Positions 19,813 through 30,802 are shown, numbered from the stretch's first letter. The stretch is 64,000 nt of DNA from Acidobacteriota bacterium (GCA_963666055.2 CAXWPH010000002.1:288001-352000), one strand, 5' to 3'. A program made the numbers and translations. The notes: generated by a model not told the origin, from the sequence alone.

Positions 19813-21630
19813 CTATTGCTGCAGGCGGCGGGCGCGCGCGCGTGCCAGCGGCCAGACGATGGGACCGTCGTCGTGCAGCAATCGTCCGTCACGATCGGCA
19901 GCCGCGTGTTCGAACGCACCGCGTGCAAGTGCAGCGTAGTCGGGCCCGAGCTCCGACAGTGCCAGCCCGAGCCAGTAGCTGGACATGCTGGCGCCGACCC
20001 CGGGGCGTTCGGGCACCTGGAGCGGTCGCACCAGGCGTACGACCTGCTCCCATTCACCGGCGCGGAGCAGGATCGAGGCTTCGTTCAGGACAAGGACCCA
20101 CTCGGGTACGGAACCGCCACCTGCGGTGCGCAGTTGCCGCACGGAGCTACCGCGATCGGCAATGTAGATCCGGCCACTGCCATCAACTGCCAGGTCTCTG
20201 GGATCGTCCAGCCGATGGCCTCCGGGAAGCGCCGGCCCCAGCCGCGCCAGCCGCGCTCCCTCGCTCGAGTACACGTGGATGCGCTTGTCGCCGCGGTCGA
20301 GCACGTAGAAGTTGTCCAGCGCGTCGATCGCCATTGCCTCCGGGCGCCGCCAGTCCGACGCGGTCACCAGCGTCTCGATTCCTCCGTCGCCATCCAGGGC
20401 GATCACCGCCTTGTTACGTCTGTCCAAGAGCAGGAAGCGTCCCTGGTTGTCGACCTCGATATCGACGATCTTGAAGCGCTGGCTGCCAAGTGGCATGGAC
20501 ATATAGGCGCCACGGGCGTCGAATCGCGACAGCTTGTCGCCATCGTCGTGGGCCACGAGGATGCTGCCGAGCGGACCATGCGTCGCCGCGACGATTTTGT
20601 CGACCTCCTCCGTCCGGCCTCCCTGGCGTGTCATGAAGGTCTGCCGTTGGCGAGTGAATGGCGCCAGGATCGAGCGCCGCATGACGACGTACGCCACGCT
20701 GGCCGGACCGAACCAGGGCTTCGTGGCACCGGCAAGTGGGTTCTGCCGAGCCACCACCGCGCCGTCGGCGCCCAGCAGCGCCCCGAACGGTACGCCCTCG
20801 TCGACAACGAGCAACTCGCCATCGTTCGAGGCTCCTACGCCGATCGGCTCATCGAGCCGCCCACCGGCGCTCACCAGAGTGCGTGATTGCCGCCAGGCGG
20901 TTTCCGTCGCACCGAGTCGATGACGATGGATGAGCGACAGCAACGTGCGCGCCGTAGGCACCTCGGCCGCGCCGAGCTGCAGCAGCGCACCGGCGGCTTC
21001 CCACTCGCCGCTGCGGAGCAGCGCAGTTCCGAGCCCCGCATACGCCCGGGCCAGCCACGCGCCACTTACACCCGGCTCCATGGCGGCGGCGAACTCACCC
21101 TCTGCCATTTCGGTTTCCAGCAGCCGCAGGCTGATATTGCCGCTCAGTACCATCGCGGCGGCGCGCGCCTCGAGTCGCGGGAATGTCGCGGCGTCGAACA
21201 GTATCGGTAGGCGCGAGAGCGTCTCGCGTACGCTGCGAAGATCGTCCGTTGACCGGGACGCATCGATGTCGTAGCGCGCCACGATCACGGTGGCGGCGGC
21301 AGCACTGGCCGTCCGCGGATGCGCGTTGACGATGCGATCGGCGGTACCGCGCGCCGCGTCGTGATTGCCCAACGACACGTGGCTGTTGGCGATCAGCAGG
21401 AGTGCATCGTCGACCAGCTCAGAAGCCGGGAACTGGTCCACAAGGACCGTTGCCTCGCGAATCGCCCCCTCCGGATCGGCGGCCTCGTAGAGCATCTGTG
21501 CCTGACCGAGCAGTCGCTGTGCGGCAACATCGGCCTGCGTGGTCGCGTGGAGGCGATTTCCGGACCCCGTGACCGCCAACGACGACGCCGTCAGCGCGAG
21601 CAGGAGGAACGTTCGGACCGCCGTTGTCAC
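19813..21630 (-). CDS. Secreted TPR (BamD/YfiO-like) plus NHL beta-propeller protein; C-terminus possibly chimeric
   Basis: Signal peptide, DQFPASELVDDALL TPR segment, NHL repeats (PRDLAVDGSGRIYIADRG), then an abrupt switch to a TPR-like tail. Confidence 0.75.
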   Translation of the reverse strand: MTTAVRTFLLLALTASSLAVTGSGNRLHATTQADVAAQRLLGQAQMLYEAADPEGAIREATVLVDQFPASELVDDALLLIANSHVSLGNHDAARGTADRIVNAHPRTASAAAATVIVARYDIDASRSTDDLRSVRETLSRLPILFDAATFPRLEARAAAMVLSGNISLRLLETEMAEGEFAAAMEPGVSGAWLARAYAGLGTALLRSGEWEAAGALLQLGAAEVPTARTLLSLIHRHRLGATETAWRQSRTLVSAGGRLDEPIGVGASNDGELLVVDEGVPFGALLGADGAVVARQNPLAGATKPWFGPASVAYVVMRRSILAPFTRQRQTFMTRQGGRTEEVDKIVAATHGPLGSILVAHDDGDKLSRFDARGAYMSMPLGSQRFKIVDIEVDNQGRFLLLDRRNKAVIALDGDGGIETLVTASDWRRPEAMAIDALDNFYVLDRGDKRIHVYSSEGARLARLGPALPGGHRLDDPRDLAVDGSGRIYIADRGSSVRQLRTAGGGSVPEWVLVLNEASILLRAGEWEQVVRLVRPLQVPERPGVGASMSSYWLGLALSELGPDYAALARGAFEHAAADRDGRLLHDDGPIVWPLARARARRLQQ

Positions 21631-23495
21631 TGCTGAGGAGCCGTGGCGAAGACGCGCTGACCGTCGCGTACGATGCGCTCGTTGACGGTAAGCGACGCCC
21701 CGGTGGCCGGCCATTCGAACAGGAACTCGTGATCGCCGGCGACCATGCGGGCCTGGAGTGGGGTGATGTCGACGAACTGCCCATCGATGCTGACCCGACA
21801 GTTGCCCGGAGTGGCGGCAATTTGAACGCTGGCGACGGCCGGAACACTCAGGCGGCGGGTACCGCCACTGGTTACGTTCACCGTGGATTGTTGCGAAAGG
21901 AATACCTCGGGGGCCGACAGGGTCACCGCCCACGAGCCTGGCGGGAGGCTCATCTGCAGGGCAGCAGCAGCGTTGAACCTTCGCGTCGGTCCGCCGCCAA
22001 GCGGCCGCGCCGTGGCCGACACGGCATAGTCGGCGTTGACGCTCACGAGCCCGGGTTCCACGTCAGGCTGCATCGGGAAATGCAGCGTCGCCGACTGGCG
22101 CTGCGAAGCGCTCAGGTCGTCGAGCACGAACGCCCAACCAGCAGACGCGTAGCCGTCGAGCGCCAGCTGCATCGCGTAGCGCGTGTCGGGGAGCACCTCG
22201 AGCTCGTAGGGCGTTGTCCCGACCTCGATGCCATCGAGGGTTACCGCGGCGCCGGGCGGAGCACTGGTTACGGTGAACGGCTCACCGACTACGGGCGGTG
22301 GCTCCGGCGCCGCCGGCTCTGCAGCCACAGCACCCTGGTCGGCGTTGGCGTTGGTGTCGCCATCAGCCGATGTGTCGTCGGTTCCGTCGGGCGCCGCGGC
22401 GGTCGAGTCACTGTCGGGCTCGGCTTCCTCCGCTGACCCCAAGGGCACCGCCGCCGGTGGCTCGGCGCTCGGTCGATCGACCGTACGTGGGCTCGAGGCC
22501 ACCGCGCCGACAGGGTCGGCTCCGGTGTCCCCGGCGGGCTCGCCGCCTCCGATGACGCGCCATCCGATGATGGCCAGCACGGCTGCTACCGCGACGCCGA
22601 GCGCGATCATCGGCCCGCGGGACATCTTCTTTCTGGGTGGTATGGCGGCTGCCTTGGTCAGAACCGTGGCATCGGTGTCCGTTCCCCACGCCGCGCGCAG
22701 CGCGTCGACGAACTGTACGCAGCCGCTGAAGCGCTTCTCCGGGTCCTTGTTGAGAGCGCGCAACAGCACGGCGTCGAGCGCCGCCGGCAGCTTGGGGTTC
22801 GCCGAGCTGGGCGATTCGGGCTGGTCGCTGACGATCTTGAACATCACCGTTGTCGGAGCATCGCCATCGAACGGCTTCTTGCCGGCGAGCAACTGGTAGG
22901 CGATCACCCCCAGCGCGAACTGGTCTGAAGCGCCCGTGAGGATCTCACCGCGAGCCTGTTCCGGCGACATGTATGCCGGGGTGCCGAGAATACTGCCCGC
23001 CGCCGTCATCGTGTTGCCCGATAGCTTCGCCACACCGAAGTCGGTCACCTTCGGTACGCCGGCGGTGGTGATCAGAATGTTTGCCGGCTTGATGTCGCGG
23101 TGCACTACCCCGAGGTCGTGCGAATGATCCAGCGATGCCGCGATTCCGGCGATGATGTGCAGACTCCTCTCGATCGGGCTCGGACCCTCGGCGATGATGT
23201 CCTCGAGGCTCATCCCCTCCACGAGCTCCATGGCGATGTACCACGTGTCGCCCTCACGCCCGACGTCGTAGATGGGCACGATGTTCGGGTGCGACAGCCT
23301 ACCGGCGCTCTGGAACTCGCGCTCGAACCGCGACGTGATCTCGGCGCTTTCGCTGCTGGCGTAGTCGTCGCGAATCATCTTCAGGGCAACGTTGCGACCG
23401 ATCACCGGATCGACCGCCGCGTAGACGACGCCCATGGCGCCGCGGCCAAGGACCTTGCTTGTCGTATAACGCCCGAAGGTTAGTGAGTCGCTCAT
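21627..23495 (-). CDS. Hanks-type Ser/Thr protein kinase with TM and PEGA domains
   Basis: LGRGAMG, VALK, HRDIKPAN, DFG, GTPAYMSPE motifs; PEGA VTSAPPGAAVTLDG..GTTP. Confidence 0.96.
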   Translation of the reverse strand: MSDSLTFGRYTTSKVLGRGAMGVVYAAVDPVIGRNVALKMIRDDYASSESAEITSRFEREFQSAGRLSHPNIVPIYDVGREGDTWYIAMELVEGMSLEDIIAEGPSPIERSLHIIAGIAASLDHSHDLGVVHRDIKPANILITTAGVPKVTDFGVAKLSGNTMTAAGSILGTPAYMSPEQARGEILTGASDQFALGVIAYQLLAGKKPFDGDAPTTVMFKIVSDQPESPSSANPKLPAALDAVLLRALNKDPEKRFSGCVQFVDALRAAWGTDTDATVLTKAAAIPPRKKMSRGPMIALGVAVAAVLAIIGWRVIGGGEPAGDTGADPVGAVASSPRTVDRPSAEPPAAVPLGSAEEAEPDSDSTAAAPDGTDDTSADGDTNANADQGAVAAEPAAPEPPPVVGEPFTVTSAPPGAAVTLDGIEVGTTPYELEVLPDTRYAMQLALDGYASAGWAFVLDDLSASQRQSATLHFPMQPDVEPGLVSVNADYAVSATARPLGGGPTRRFNAAAALQMSLPPGSWAVTLSAPEVFLSQQSTVNVTSGGTRRLSVPAVASVQIAATPGNCRVSIDGQFVDITPLQARMVAGDHEFLFEWPATGASLTVNERIVRDGQRVFATAPQQ

Positions 23496-23619
23496 GGGTT
23501 TCGCACGTCCCGCCCGGTGCAAAGGTGCGTCTCAACGCGTATTAGTGGCGAGCGGCACGTTCCTGCTGAGAATCTACGACACGTACTGGTCCGGGACCAC
23601 CCAGACGCAGCGGCTTTGC

Positions 23620-23899
23620 GAGAAAGCTCCTTCCACGTGCGACACATCTCATCCTTGTCGATCGGTTCGAAGCGCAAGCTCGAGATGCGCTCCCCGCCCT
23701 GCACGAACCCCATCTGATCACCGCCGCCGAAGTTCGGGAGAATCAGCTTATCCTTGGCGTAGTCGCGGATACGCTTCAGCCGATCGTCGTAGTCGACAAC
23801 CATCGCGCTGAGCCCGAGCTCGGAGGCGCGGAAAGCGGCGGCGGTACCAGCGGGCCCCCCGCCGACGATCAGTATGTCCAGGGTTTCGGTGTTCGCCAT
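23620..23899 (-). pseudogene. FAD/NAD(P)-dependent oxidoreductase, N-terminal fragment
   Basis: ILIVGGGPAGTAAA Rossmann motif; plausible reading lost after about 90 aa at a junction near 23620. Confidence 0.7.
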
Positions 23900-23921
23900 T
23901 GTTCTCAGTGGTGTTGGGACG

Positions 23922-24854
23922 TTAGGTTAGTCGCGTGGGCACCCGGTCGCCTTCGATGCGATGCGTCAAGCGACACTCGATGTCACCGAATCGAAGCGAC
24001 GCCGGCGGCGTGACATGGACGTCACCGGAGACCTTTTTCCCGTTGACGTAGGTCTTGTTCGTGCTTCCGAGATCTTTCACATACACGCCATCCGGTCGAA
24101 AGCTGAGCACCGCATGTCGGCGTGACATCGCCGGCACGTTGATCCAGATGTTACAGTCCGGCGTTCGGCCCACGAGGTTGTCGCCTGGAACGAGCTGGTA
24201 GCGACTCACCAGGCTCGCGGGCTCGAGCACTTCCAGCCACACCGAAGAGGCAGTCTCGATCGACTCACGGATGTTCCCCGGACCCGCGCCCAGTGCCACG
24301 GTCTGTTCAGCCCGCCGATCGAGCTCCGGCACCTCCAGCTCAGCCGCCGCATAGATAGGGGTGCCCGCCTCCGCCGCGTCGGGAGTGGGCGGGTCGTCTG
24401 CCGGCGTCTCGAACGCCGGCATGTCGAGCGCTGCAGCACTCGCAACGATGGTTCCATCGGCTGGCTCCTGCGGTGTCGACGCCTGTGGCGCAAAAGCTGC
24501 CGGTATCACGCGCGGCTCGGGCTCGCTCGCAGAGGCCACTTCGCTTGGCGGCGACCCGTCCCAATGGAAGATGAGATCGTGCTCGCCACCGAACGTGATC
24601 ACGTGTAGCTCGCTGAGTCGTTGCCGCCTGGTCACTGGAACGCCGTCGAGCATCGTGCCGTTGAGGCTCTCGGTATCCTCGAGTACGTAGCAGCCGCGTT
24701 CCTTGTCCCACCAGATGCACGCGTGGTCGCCGGAAACCCCGTTCGCTTCGAGCACGATGGGATGGTGCTGGTTTCTTCCGATGGTGGCGCGCTCCACGAT
24801 ACCGAACTCTGCGCCACTGAAGTGGCCGGTCTTGCCGAACAGCCCTGCCGTCAC
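23922..24854 (-). CDS. Double FHA-domain protein
   Basis: Two FHA signatures (IGR..VSGDHA..SLNGT; VGR..MSRRHA..STNKT) joined by a Pro/Ala/acidic linker. Confidence 0.92.
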   Translation of the reverse strand: MTAGLFGKTGHFSGAEFGIVERATIGRNQHHPIVLEANGVSGDHACIWWDKERGCYVLEDTESLNGTMLDGVPVTRRQRLSELHVITFGGEHDLIFHWDGSPPSEVASASEPEPRVIPAAFAPQASTPQEPADGTIVASAAALDMPAFETPADDPPTPDAAEAGTPIYAAAELEVPELDRRAEQTVALGAGPGNIRESIETASSVWLEVLEPASLVSRYQLVPGDNLVGRTPDCNIWINVPAMSRRHAVLSFRPDGVYVKDLGSTNKTYVNGKKVSGDVHVTPPASLRFGDIECRLTHRIEGDRVPTRLT

Positions 24855-24941
24855 TGGTTGCTCTCTCCTGAGTCAGGCCTGCTCGGACCGACTACTCGAC
24901 ATAAAGGAGTAGTCTGGACTCATTGGCTTTTGGATGAAACT

Positions 24942-26164
24942 GGGAGGTGCCCCGAATGTCGTGGAAATTGGATGAGCGTCTCCTCCGAGACCACGGATGA
25001 TCCTATCGGTTAGGCTGCCTGCTTGTCGGGGCCGCACGTGAGCTGAGCCAAGAACCGGTGGTCATCGATGCGTCGCATGCGGATCTGTCCGAAGGCGACC
25101 AGGCTCCACAGCAACGTCACCCCAGCGGCCTCGGTCGAGAGCGAGCCCTGCGTCTTGGTACGGCGACGGAACTCCCGGTTCAGGTTCTCGAGCGCGTTGG
25201 TGGTGCGGAGCGTCTTCAACATCGGCCTCGGGAACTGGTAGAAGGTCAGCAGGCTCAGGCCGGCTTCCTGCAGGCTCCGGGCCACGGCGGGCACCAGGGT
25301 CGACTACTTGCGTACGAAGGCGGCGTAGGCGGCTCTGGCCTGGTTGCCGTCATCGGCCCGAACGATCCCATCCCAGTCGCGCTTCATCTCCGCACGTGCA
25401 TGAACCGGGCAGTGGTCGCATAAGTTGCTCCACTCATGTTGCGTGCACCGCTGCACCAGCACATCGGGCCATACCTCGATCGCCTTAGCCAGCCCCTTGT
25501 GGCCGTCGGGCTGGACCCCGAGCACCGCCAGTACCGGCGCCGACACCACCCGCCTCGCCAGCCTGACCTTCAGATGGAACCCTTCCAGATACAGGTCGAG
25601 TAACGCTCGCCTGACAGATCTCGCTGTCTCCAGCGCTCAAAATACGCCTTCAGACGCCCCACCACCCTGGAGATCGTGCTCTTGGACAGGTGCGCCTTGC
25701 CCAGCAGCGGAGAGAGCGCCTTGCGGATCCGCCGGGTGTTGGCTCCCGCCAGGTACGCTCCCAGGATCGCCTCGTCCACTTGCCGGGCTCGCCGTGCGTA
25801 CCTTGGCAGGATCGCGCTGCGGAACTCCCGGGTGTTGCCGTCTTGCCCCACGATGCGCCCCCGCGGTATGTCCAGCTCCTGGAGCCCTTGGGCTGCCGTT
25901 GCGGTAGCCCTCGACGCTGTCCGTTGCGCTCGTATCGGTCGCACCCCAGCGCCTCGGTGAGCTCCTCCTCCAGCGTCATCTGGATCGCCTCGCGGAACCT
26001 CCAGCGCAGCAGTCCCCTGTATGTCCTGCCGGAACTCGATGACTCCCGCTGCCTCCCTGCTAACCTGCTTCATGGCGTAACCTCCTTGCCGCTCTTCGCG
26101 GCCGTGTTTTCGCCTACGCGGAGGTTACGCCATCTCTATTGCCACAAGACTCGGGACGGATCCC
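24942..26164 (-). mobile_element. Degenerate IS256-family insertion sequence
   Basis: Transposase fragments in several frames (25010-26073: RTTNALENLNREFRRRTK, VQRC, LSKSTISR); imperfect TIRs GGGAGGTGCCCCGAATGTCGTGGAAAT vs GGGATCCGTCCCGAGTCTTGTGGCAAT (19/27); no target duplication. Confidence 0.88.
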
Positions 26165-26352
26165 GTGCTGGCCGCGGGGTAGCGGTTCTCGGCGAAGAGA
26201 TCCTCGTGCGCTGCTTCGGCGGTCTGCGGCTCCCCGTTCTCTTGACCCAGCGCGGTGAAGGCAGTTGAAGCGAGTGGAGCGCCCAAGAGCACCGTCAATA
26301 ACGCGATTGTCGCAGCGAAACCGATTCGCGCTACCAAGACTCGATCAGGCAT
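26165..26352 (-). pseudogene. N-terminus of a secreted protein (probably multiheme cytochrome c) cut by IS256
   Basis: Signal peptide then HEDLFAENRYPAAST, stopping exactly at the IS end; family assignment is an inference. Confidence 0.5.
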
Positions 26353-26519
26353 TCGCAGCTCCCCAGTTGAGTCGTGACCCGCGTTGGGTCCTGGACGGCG
26401 AACTTCGGAGCGCCGGATTCTCGGACACAGCACGCTGATGAAGGAAACGTGGCTACCTCTACATCACGGAAATCCGCATGCCTCCAGGTTTGGACGGCGA
26501 GATTCTATCCCAAGCCGGC

Positions 26520-27877
26520 CTAGGTAATGCCGTAGCCGAGCATGGCGTCGGCGACTTTCACGAACCCCCCGATGTTGGCGCCCTTGACATAGTTCACCCA
26601 GCCATCGGCCTCCTCGCCGTACTCGACGCACTGGTCGTGGATCCTCTTCATGATGCCCTTGAGCCGCTCGTCTACCTCCGTCTCCGTCCACGAGATACGC
26701 ATGGCGTTCTGACTTTGCTCCAGGCCGCTGACCGCGACGCCGCCGGCGTTGGCAGCCTTCGCAGGGGCATAGAGGATCTTCGCCTCGGCGAAGGCATGCG
26801 CCCCCGGCAGCTCCGTCGGCATGTTGGCGCCTTCGGCAACTCCGATGACCCCGTTGGACAGCAGCGTGCGCGCATCTTCGACGCTGACCTCTTTTGTGTC
26901 GCGCAGGGGAACGCCAGATCGCACGGCACGCCCCAGGGTCGCCCGCCGGCCACATATTCGACGTCGAACTTCTCGGCGTACTCGCTGATACGCCCGCGAC
27001 GTTCCGTCTTGAGCTCGGTAAGCCAGGCGAGCTTCTCGCCGCCAATGCCCCCCGCATCATGGACGAACCCCCCGGAGTCAGACGCCGTGATCGGTTTGGC
27101 GCCGAGTTCATCGAGCTTCTTGATCGTGTGCAGGGCCACGTTGCCCGACCCGGAAACGACACAGGTCTTTCCCTCCACACTGTCGCCTCGTCGCGCCAGC
27201 ATCTCCTGCATGAAGTACACACAGCCGTAGCCCGTCGCCTCGACCCGTCCGAGGCTACCGCCGAAGGAGATCCCCTTACCGGTGAGGACCGCGGCGAAGC
27301 GATTCGCCAGCCGCTTGTACTGGCCGAACATGTAGCTGATCTCCCGCGCTCCCACCCCGATGTCGCCCGCCGGCACGTCGGTCTCCGGACCGATGTGGCG
27401 ATGCAACTCGATCATCAGCGAGTGGCAGAAGCGCATGACCTCCCGATCGCTCTTGCCCTTGGGGTTGAAGTTGGCGCCACCCTTGCCGCCACCCATCGGA
27501 AGCGTGGTGAGGCTGTTCTTGAAGGTCTGCTCGAATCCCAGAAACTTCAGCACCGAGAGCGTGACCGAGGGATGGAAGCGCATGCCCCCTTTGTAGGGTC
27601 CGATCGAGTTGTTGAACTGCACTCGCCAGGCGCGATTGGCCCGTACGTTGCCGGCGTCGTCCTCCCACGGAACGCGGCAGATCACCACCCGGTCGGGCTC
27701 CGTCATGCGCTCGAGTATCTGAGCTTCCTTGTACTCAGGGTGATCCAGAATGAACGGGATCAGGCTCTCCGCCACCTCCTGTACGGCCTGGTGAAACTCC
27801 AGCTCGCCCGGATTCCGCTTCACGAGACCGGCCATGAACCGATCGAAGTCCTGTCCTGCTGATCCTTCGAGCGCCAT
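26520..27877 (-). pseudogene. gdhA: NADP-specific glutamate dehydrogenase with a 1-nt frameshift
   Basis: GPYKGGMRFHPSV, LPMGGGKGG, DVPAGDIGVG, GSGNVA, EGANMP, KAANAGGVAVS motifs; frame break in PCATQNE near 26893. Confidence 0.95.
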
Positions 27878-28105
27878 CAGAGTCCCCCTCGGGAGCAAGT
27901 TTTCGCGTGCGAGGTTGTCTCGCCAGGGTGCATCTTCCTGCAACCTATCTGACCGGCGGTGAATACACGAGAGGAACTGTTGCGACAGTTGATTGATCGG
28001 CGTACACTCCGAAACCATTCCCAGGCTCCTTCATTGGTCGCGGATTCCTGACTGAGTTATCCGCGGCGAAACCACACCCCAACGACAAAGCGAGACCAGA
28101 CCCCG

Positions 28106-28534
28106 ATGCCGCCAAATGAGAAAGTAAAGGCTGCAGTCGAGCGACTGTTTGCCAGGAAGCCCGACGCTACGACCACTGATTTCCGCAAGGTCGCAGAACG
28201 CGCCGACGAATCGATTCGCACGCAGTCGCCCCGTAGCTTCAACGCTACATACGTGGTGCCCATCAAGCGCCGCGCCGGCGGCAAGAAGCGCAAGAAGGTC
28301 AGTGCCGGAAAACGCACGGTGCGGCGGGCTCGGACCAAGCGCGTAGTGCGACGGCGCGCACCGAGCACTTCGATCAGTCATTCCACTCGAGCTGGCGTCC
28401 GCGGGCTGATCCTTCAACGCGATCAGCAGGTCATAAACGCATTGAGCAGTGGCGGCGATCCGCGGCAGGCTTATGATCTCGGCAGTGGGGTCGACGCCTA
28501 CATCGATGCCCTGGCGAAAGCGTTGCGCATGTAG
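28106..28534 (+). CDS. Small basic hypothetical protein with K/R-rich linker
   Basis: 142-aa ORF with two helical-looking ends separated by KRRAGGKKRKKVSAGKRTVRRARTKRVVRRR. Confidence 0.7.
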   Translation: MPPNEKVKAAVERLFARKPDATTTDFRKVAERADESIRTQSPRSFNATYVVPIKRRAGGKKRKKVSAGKRTVRRARTKRVVRRRAPSTSISHSTRAGVRGLILQRDQQVINALSSGGDPRQAYDLGSGVDAYIDALAKALRM

Positions 28535-28541
28535 CGGCTAA

Positions 28542-28619
28542 GAGGTTCTGAGGCAGGCGTGCGAGTCGTTGGCCGAGGCGCACAACGAGGGTCTCATTCA
28601 CTGCGACGTCAAGCCCGCC
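28542..28619 (+). pseudogene. Ser/Thr kinase catalytic-loop remnant
   Basis: Translates EVLRQACESLAEAHNEGLIHCDVKPA (compare HRDVKPAN). Confidence 0.75.
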
Positions 28620-28630
28620 ACCACGGTCTG

Positions 28631-29752
28631 CTAGTCCGACGGTCGGATACTCAGCCCTGTGCGGTCAGGTAGATCGAGCAGGACCCCCCACCCACCGAAT
28701 CCCTCGGTGACGGCGAACCAGAGCTCGTTGTCGCCCGACTGCAGCGGCAGATAAACCGCGTCGTGCAGGCCGATGGTACCGAGGAATCGATAATCTCGGC
28801 TGCGCCACCGGTCGTCGGCCGAAAGCAGCAGCCGACCGTTCAAGTACACGCGTACTCGATCGCTGAAACCGAAGTGGGCCGGGATGGTGCGCGCCTCGGC
28901 GGCGTTGATGGTCAAGGCTGCAATGACGGTGTCGTGGTCCTGGTCGATTCCAGAGAGCCGCGCCAGGTTGGCGATGCCGCGCTCGCCAGCGTGCAGCTGC
29001 TGCCAGCTCCCGGCGATATCGTTGTCGTTGATCTCGGTGCGCCCTTCGAGCTTCGCGACGGCGAACGGGGCCGATACGCTCCACGTATCAACAACCGTCT
29101 CCGCCACCGGCGCAGCTTCCGCGCCGCCACCGACCAGGCCTGGCGAGTCCATCTCGCGAACAGTGACGTTGGCGAAGCGTGCCGGTGCCCCGGAGGAGGT
29201 GATCGCGAAGTGCCCGGCGCGCACCTCGCGGATCAGCTGCGGAATCACGAACACCGGCTCGTCGCTGTCGAGGTAGACCTCGGCGCGGCTGCCCGCCACC
29301 ACCACTTTCATGTGCATCCAGCGATCGAACACCATCTCCATAGGCGCGTTGAAGCGCGGCCCGGCGTAGATCTGCCATCCGGAGATCCCGTTGAACACCG
29401 GCGTGTACTGCGACGCGTCGGGGTTCCCCGACTGGTGCGAGCGAATATAGAAATGCTCGGAGTTGCCTTCGTCGTCGCCACGAAAAGAGATGCCGGCAAA
29501 CCCCTGGGCTTCGGAAACGGCGATGTCGAGCTCGATAACGCCGTTCTTGAAGTCGCTGCCGACGAGCACGGCGCTGCCGCGATCCAAGACCAACGCGTCG
29601 CGTCCGCGGAACGATTCGACGCGGTGGTCCACGGCGTCGACCTTCCAGAGACTCAGGTCGAACGGGTCGTTGGGCGAGCCGGCGCTCGCGGCAACCGGGG
29701 CGATCAGCAGGGTTGCGGCGGCCAGCAAAGCGGTGGTCTTGGACGTCGACAT
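28631..29752 (-). CDS. Secreted beta-sandwich protein (DUF1080/concanavalin-like), function unknown
   Basis: Signal peptide; FKNGVIELDI, GISFR, WMHMKVVVAGSRAEVYLD motifs. Confidence 0.75.
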   Translation of the reverse strand: MSTSKTTALLAAATLLIAPVAASAGSPNDPFDLSLWKVDAVDHRVESFRGRDALVLDRGSAVLVGSDFKNGVIELDIAVSEAQGFAGISFRGDDEGNSEHFYIRSHQSGNPDASQYTPVFNGISGWQIYAGPRFNAPMEMVFDRWMHMKVVVAGSRAEVYLDSDEPVFVIPQLIREVRAGHFAITSSGAPARFANVTVREMDSPGLVGGGAEAAPVAETVVDTWSVSAPFAVAKLEGRTEINDNDIAGSWQQLHAGERGIANLARLSGIDQDHDTVIAALTINAAEARTIPAHFGFSDRVRVYLNGRLLLSADDRWRSRDYRFLGTIGLHDAVYLPLQSGDNELWFAVTEGFGGWGVLLDLPDRTGLSIRPSD

Positions 29753-29908
29753 GCTTTCCTCCGAAGTTGTCACGGTGCAACGGTGCGCCGATCGCCGATA
29801 GAAGGTAGGGATGGCGCGGTTGGAAGTCAGGAATGGCGCGCCTGTCAGAGAATCAGCCGGGGAAGGACGCTGTCTTGAACGATTCGGACACCGGGTTGAC
29901 CCACCGTC

Positions 29909-30724
29909 TCATGAGTCGCTGGGCGACGAATCGCGCCGCCGCTCGGCGTGCAGGCGGCCGGGCGGCATGCCGCTGAGGCGGCGCACTTCGCGCGTCAGAT
30001 GCGATTGGTCGGCGAAGCCGTGCAGCGCCGCCAGGTCGCTCCACAGGGGTCGATCGGTAGCATCGGCATCGCGCAACACGCCGCGAAAGCGTTCGAGACG
30101 AGCGTAGGCGCGCGGCGCCAGCCCGGTTGACTCTGCCACTACACGGCGGAAGTGCCGGGGCGTGATTCCCAACCCGTCGGCCACCTGTCGCAACCGATCC
30201 GGCCGCCGTGATCGTCGGACTTGCTGCAGGCCACGGTGTACCAGGAGGCTGGCTCCGTCGGGCATGTGCCGTCGAGCCTGTTTGCCGACGAAGTCGAACA
30301 AGCAAGTGAGACTTTCTTCCGCCGATCGCGTTGAGCGCAGCAACTCGAGCAACATCCGGCCGCGGTCGGGCTGCACGACAGCGTAGTCGTCGAGCGCATC
30401 GGTATGGTCGCGTGGGTCGATACCGAGGATCGCCCGCGACCATTCGGGGTGCACCCGTATTGCCTCCATGCGGCGCGTGGGAACCGGCAGGTAGGCGCGC
30501 GTCTCGCGCACCGGGCCGATGAGCAGTATCTTGGGATCTTCGGCGCTGCCCTGTTCGCTACGTCGGCAAGCGAAACAAAGGCTCACGGCTGGTTCCGGGG
30601 CGACGAGGTATCCGGGGTACGCGTCGACCTGCTGTGACGGTGCACGATGCACCCACGCCACGTCTATAACGCGCGCCAGGCTCGCCGGCGGTGCCAGCTC
30701 CCGGTAGGCGCCGATCTGATGCAT
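29909..30724 (-). CDS. AraC-family transcriptional regulator
   Basis: YRELAPP N-terminus; C-terminal HTH pair ending LAALHGFADQSHLTREVRRLSG. Confidence 0.92.
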   Translation of the reverse strand: MHQIGAYRELAPPASLARVIDVAWVHRAPSQQVDAYPGYLVAPEPAVSLCFACRRSEQGSAEDPKILLIGPVRETRAYLPVPTRRMEAIRVHPEWSRAILGIDPRDHTDALDDYAVVQPDRGRMLLELLRSTRSAEESLTCLFDFVGKQARRHMPDGASLLVHRGLQQVRRSRRPDRLRQVADGLGITPRHFRRVVAESTGLAPRAYARLERFRGVLRDADATDRPLWSDLAALHGFADQSHLTREVRRLSGMPPGRLHAERRRDSSPSDS

Positions 30725-30802
30725 GGTTCCGCAGTTGTTGCTCAAGGCCTCTGCGCGTCAGCGTCGGGGAGCGCGACCGGTTAGTACAGTATGCCCTAAC
30801 CA

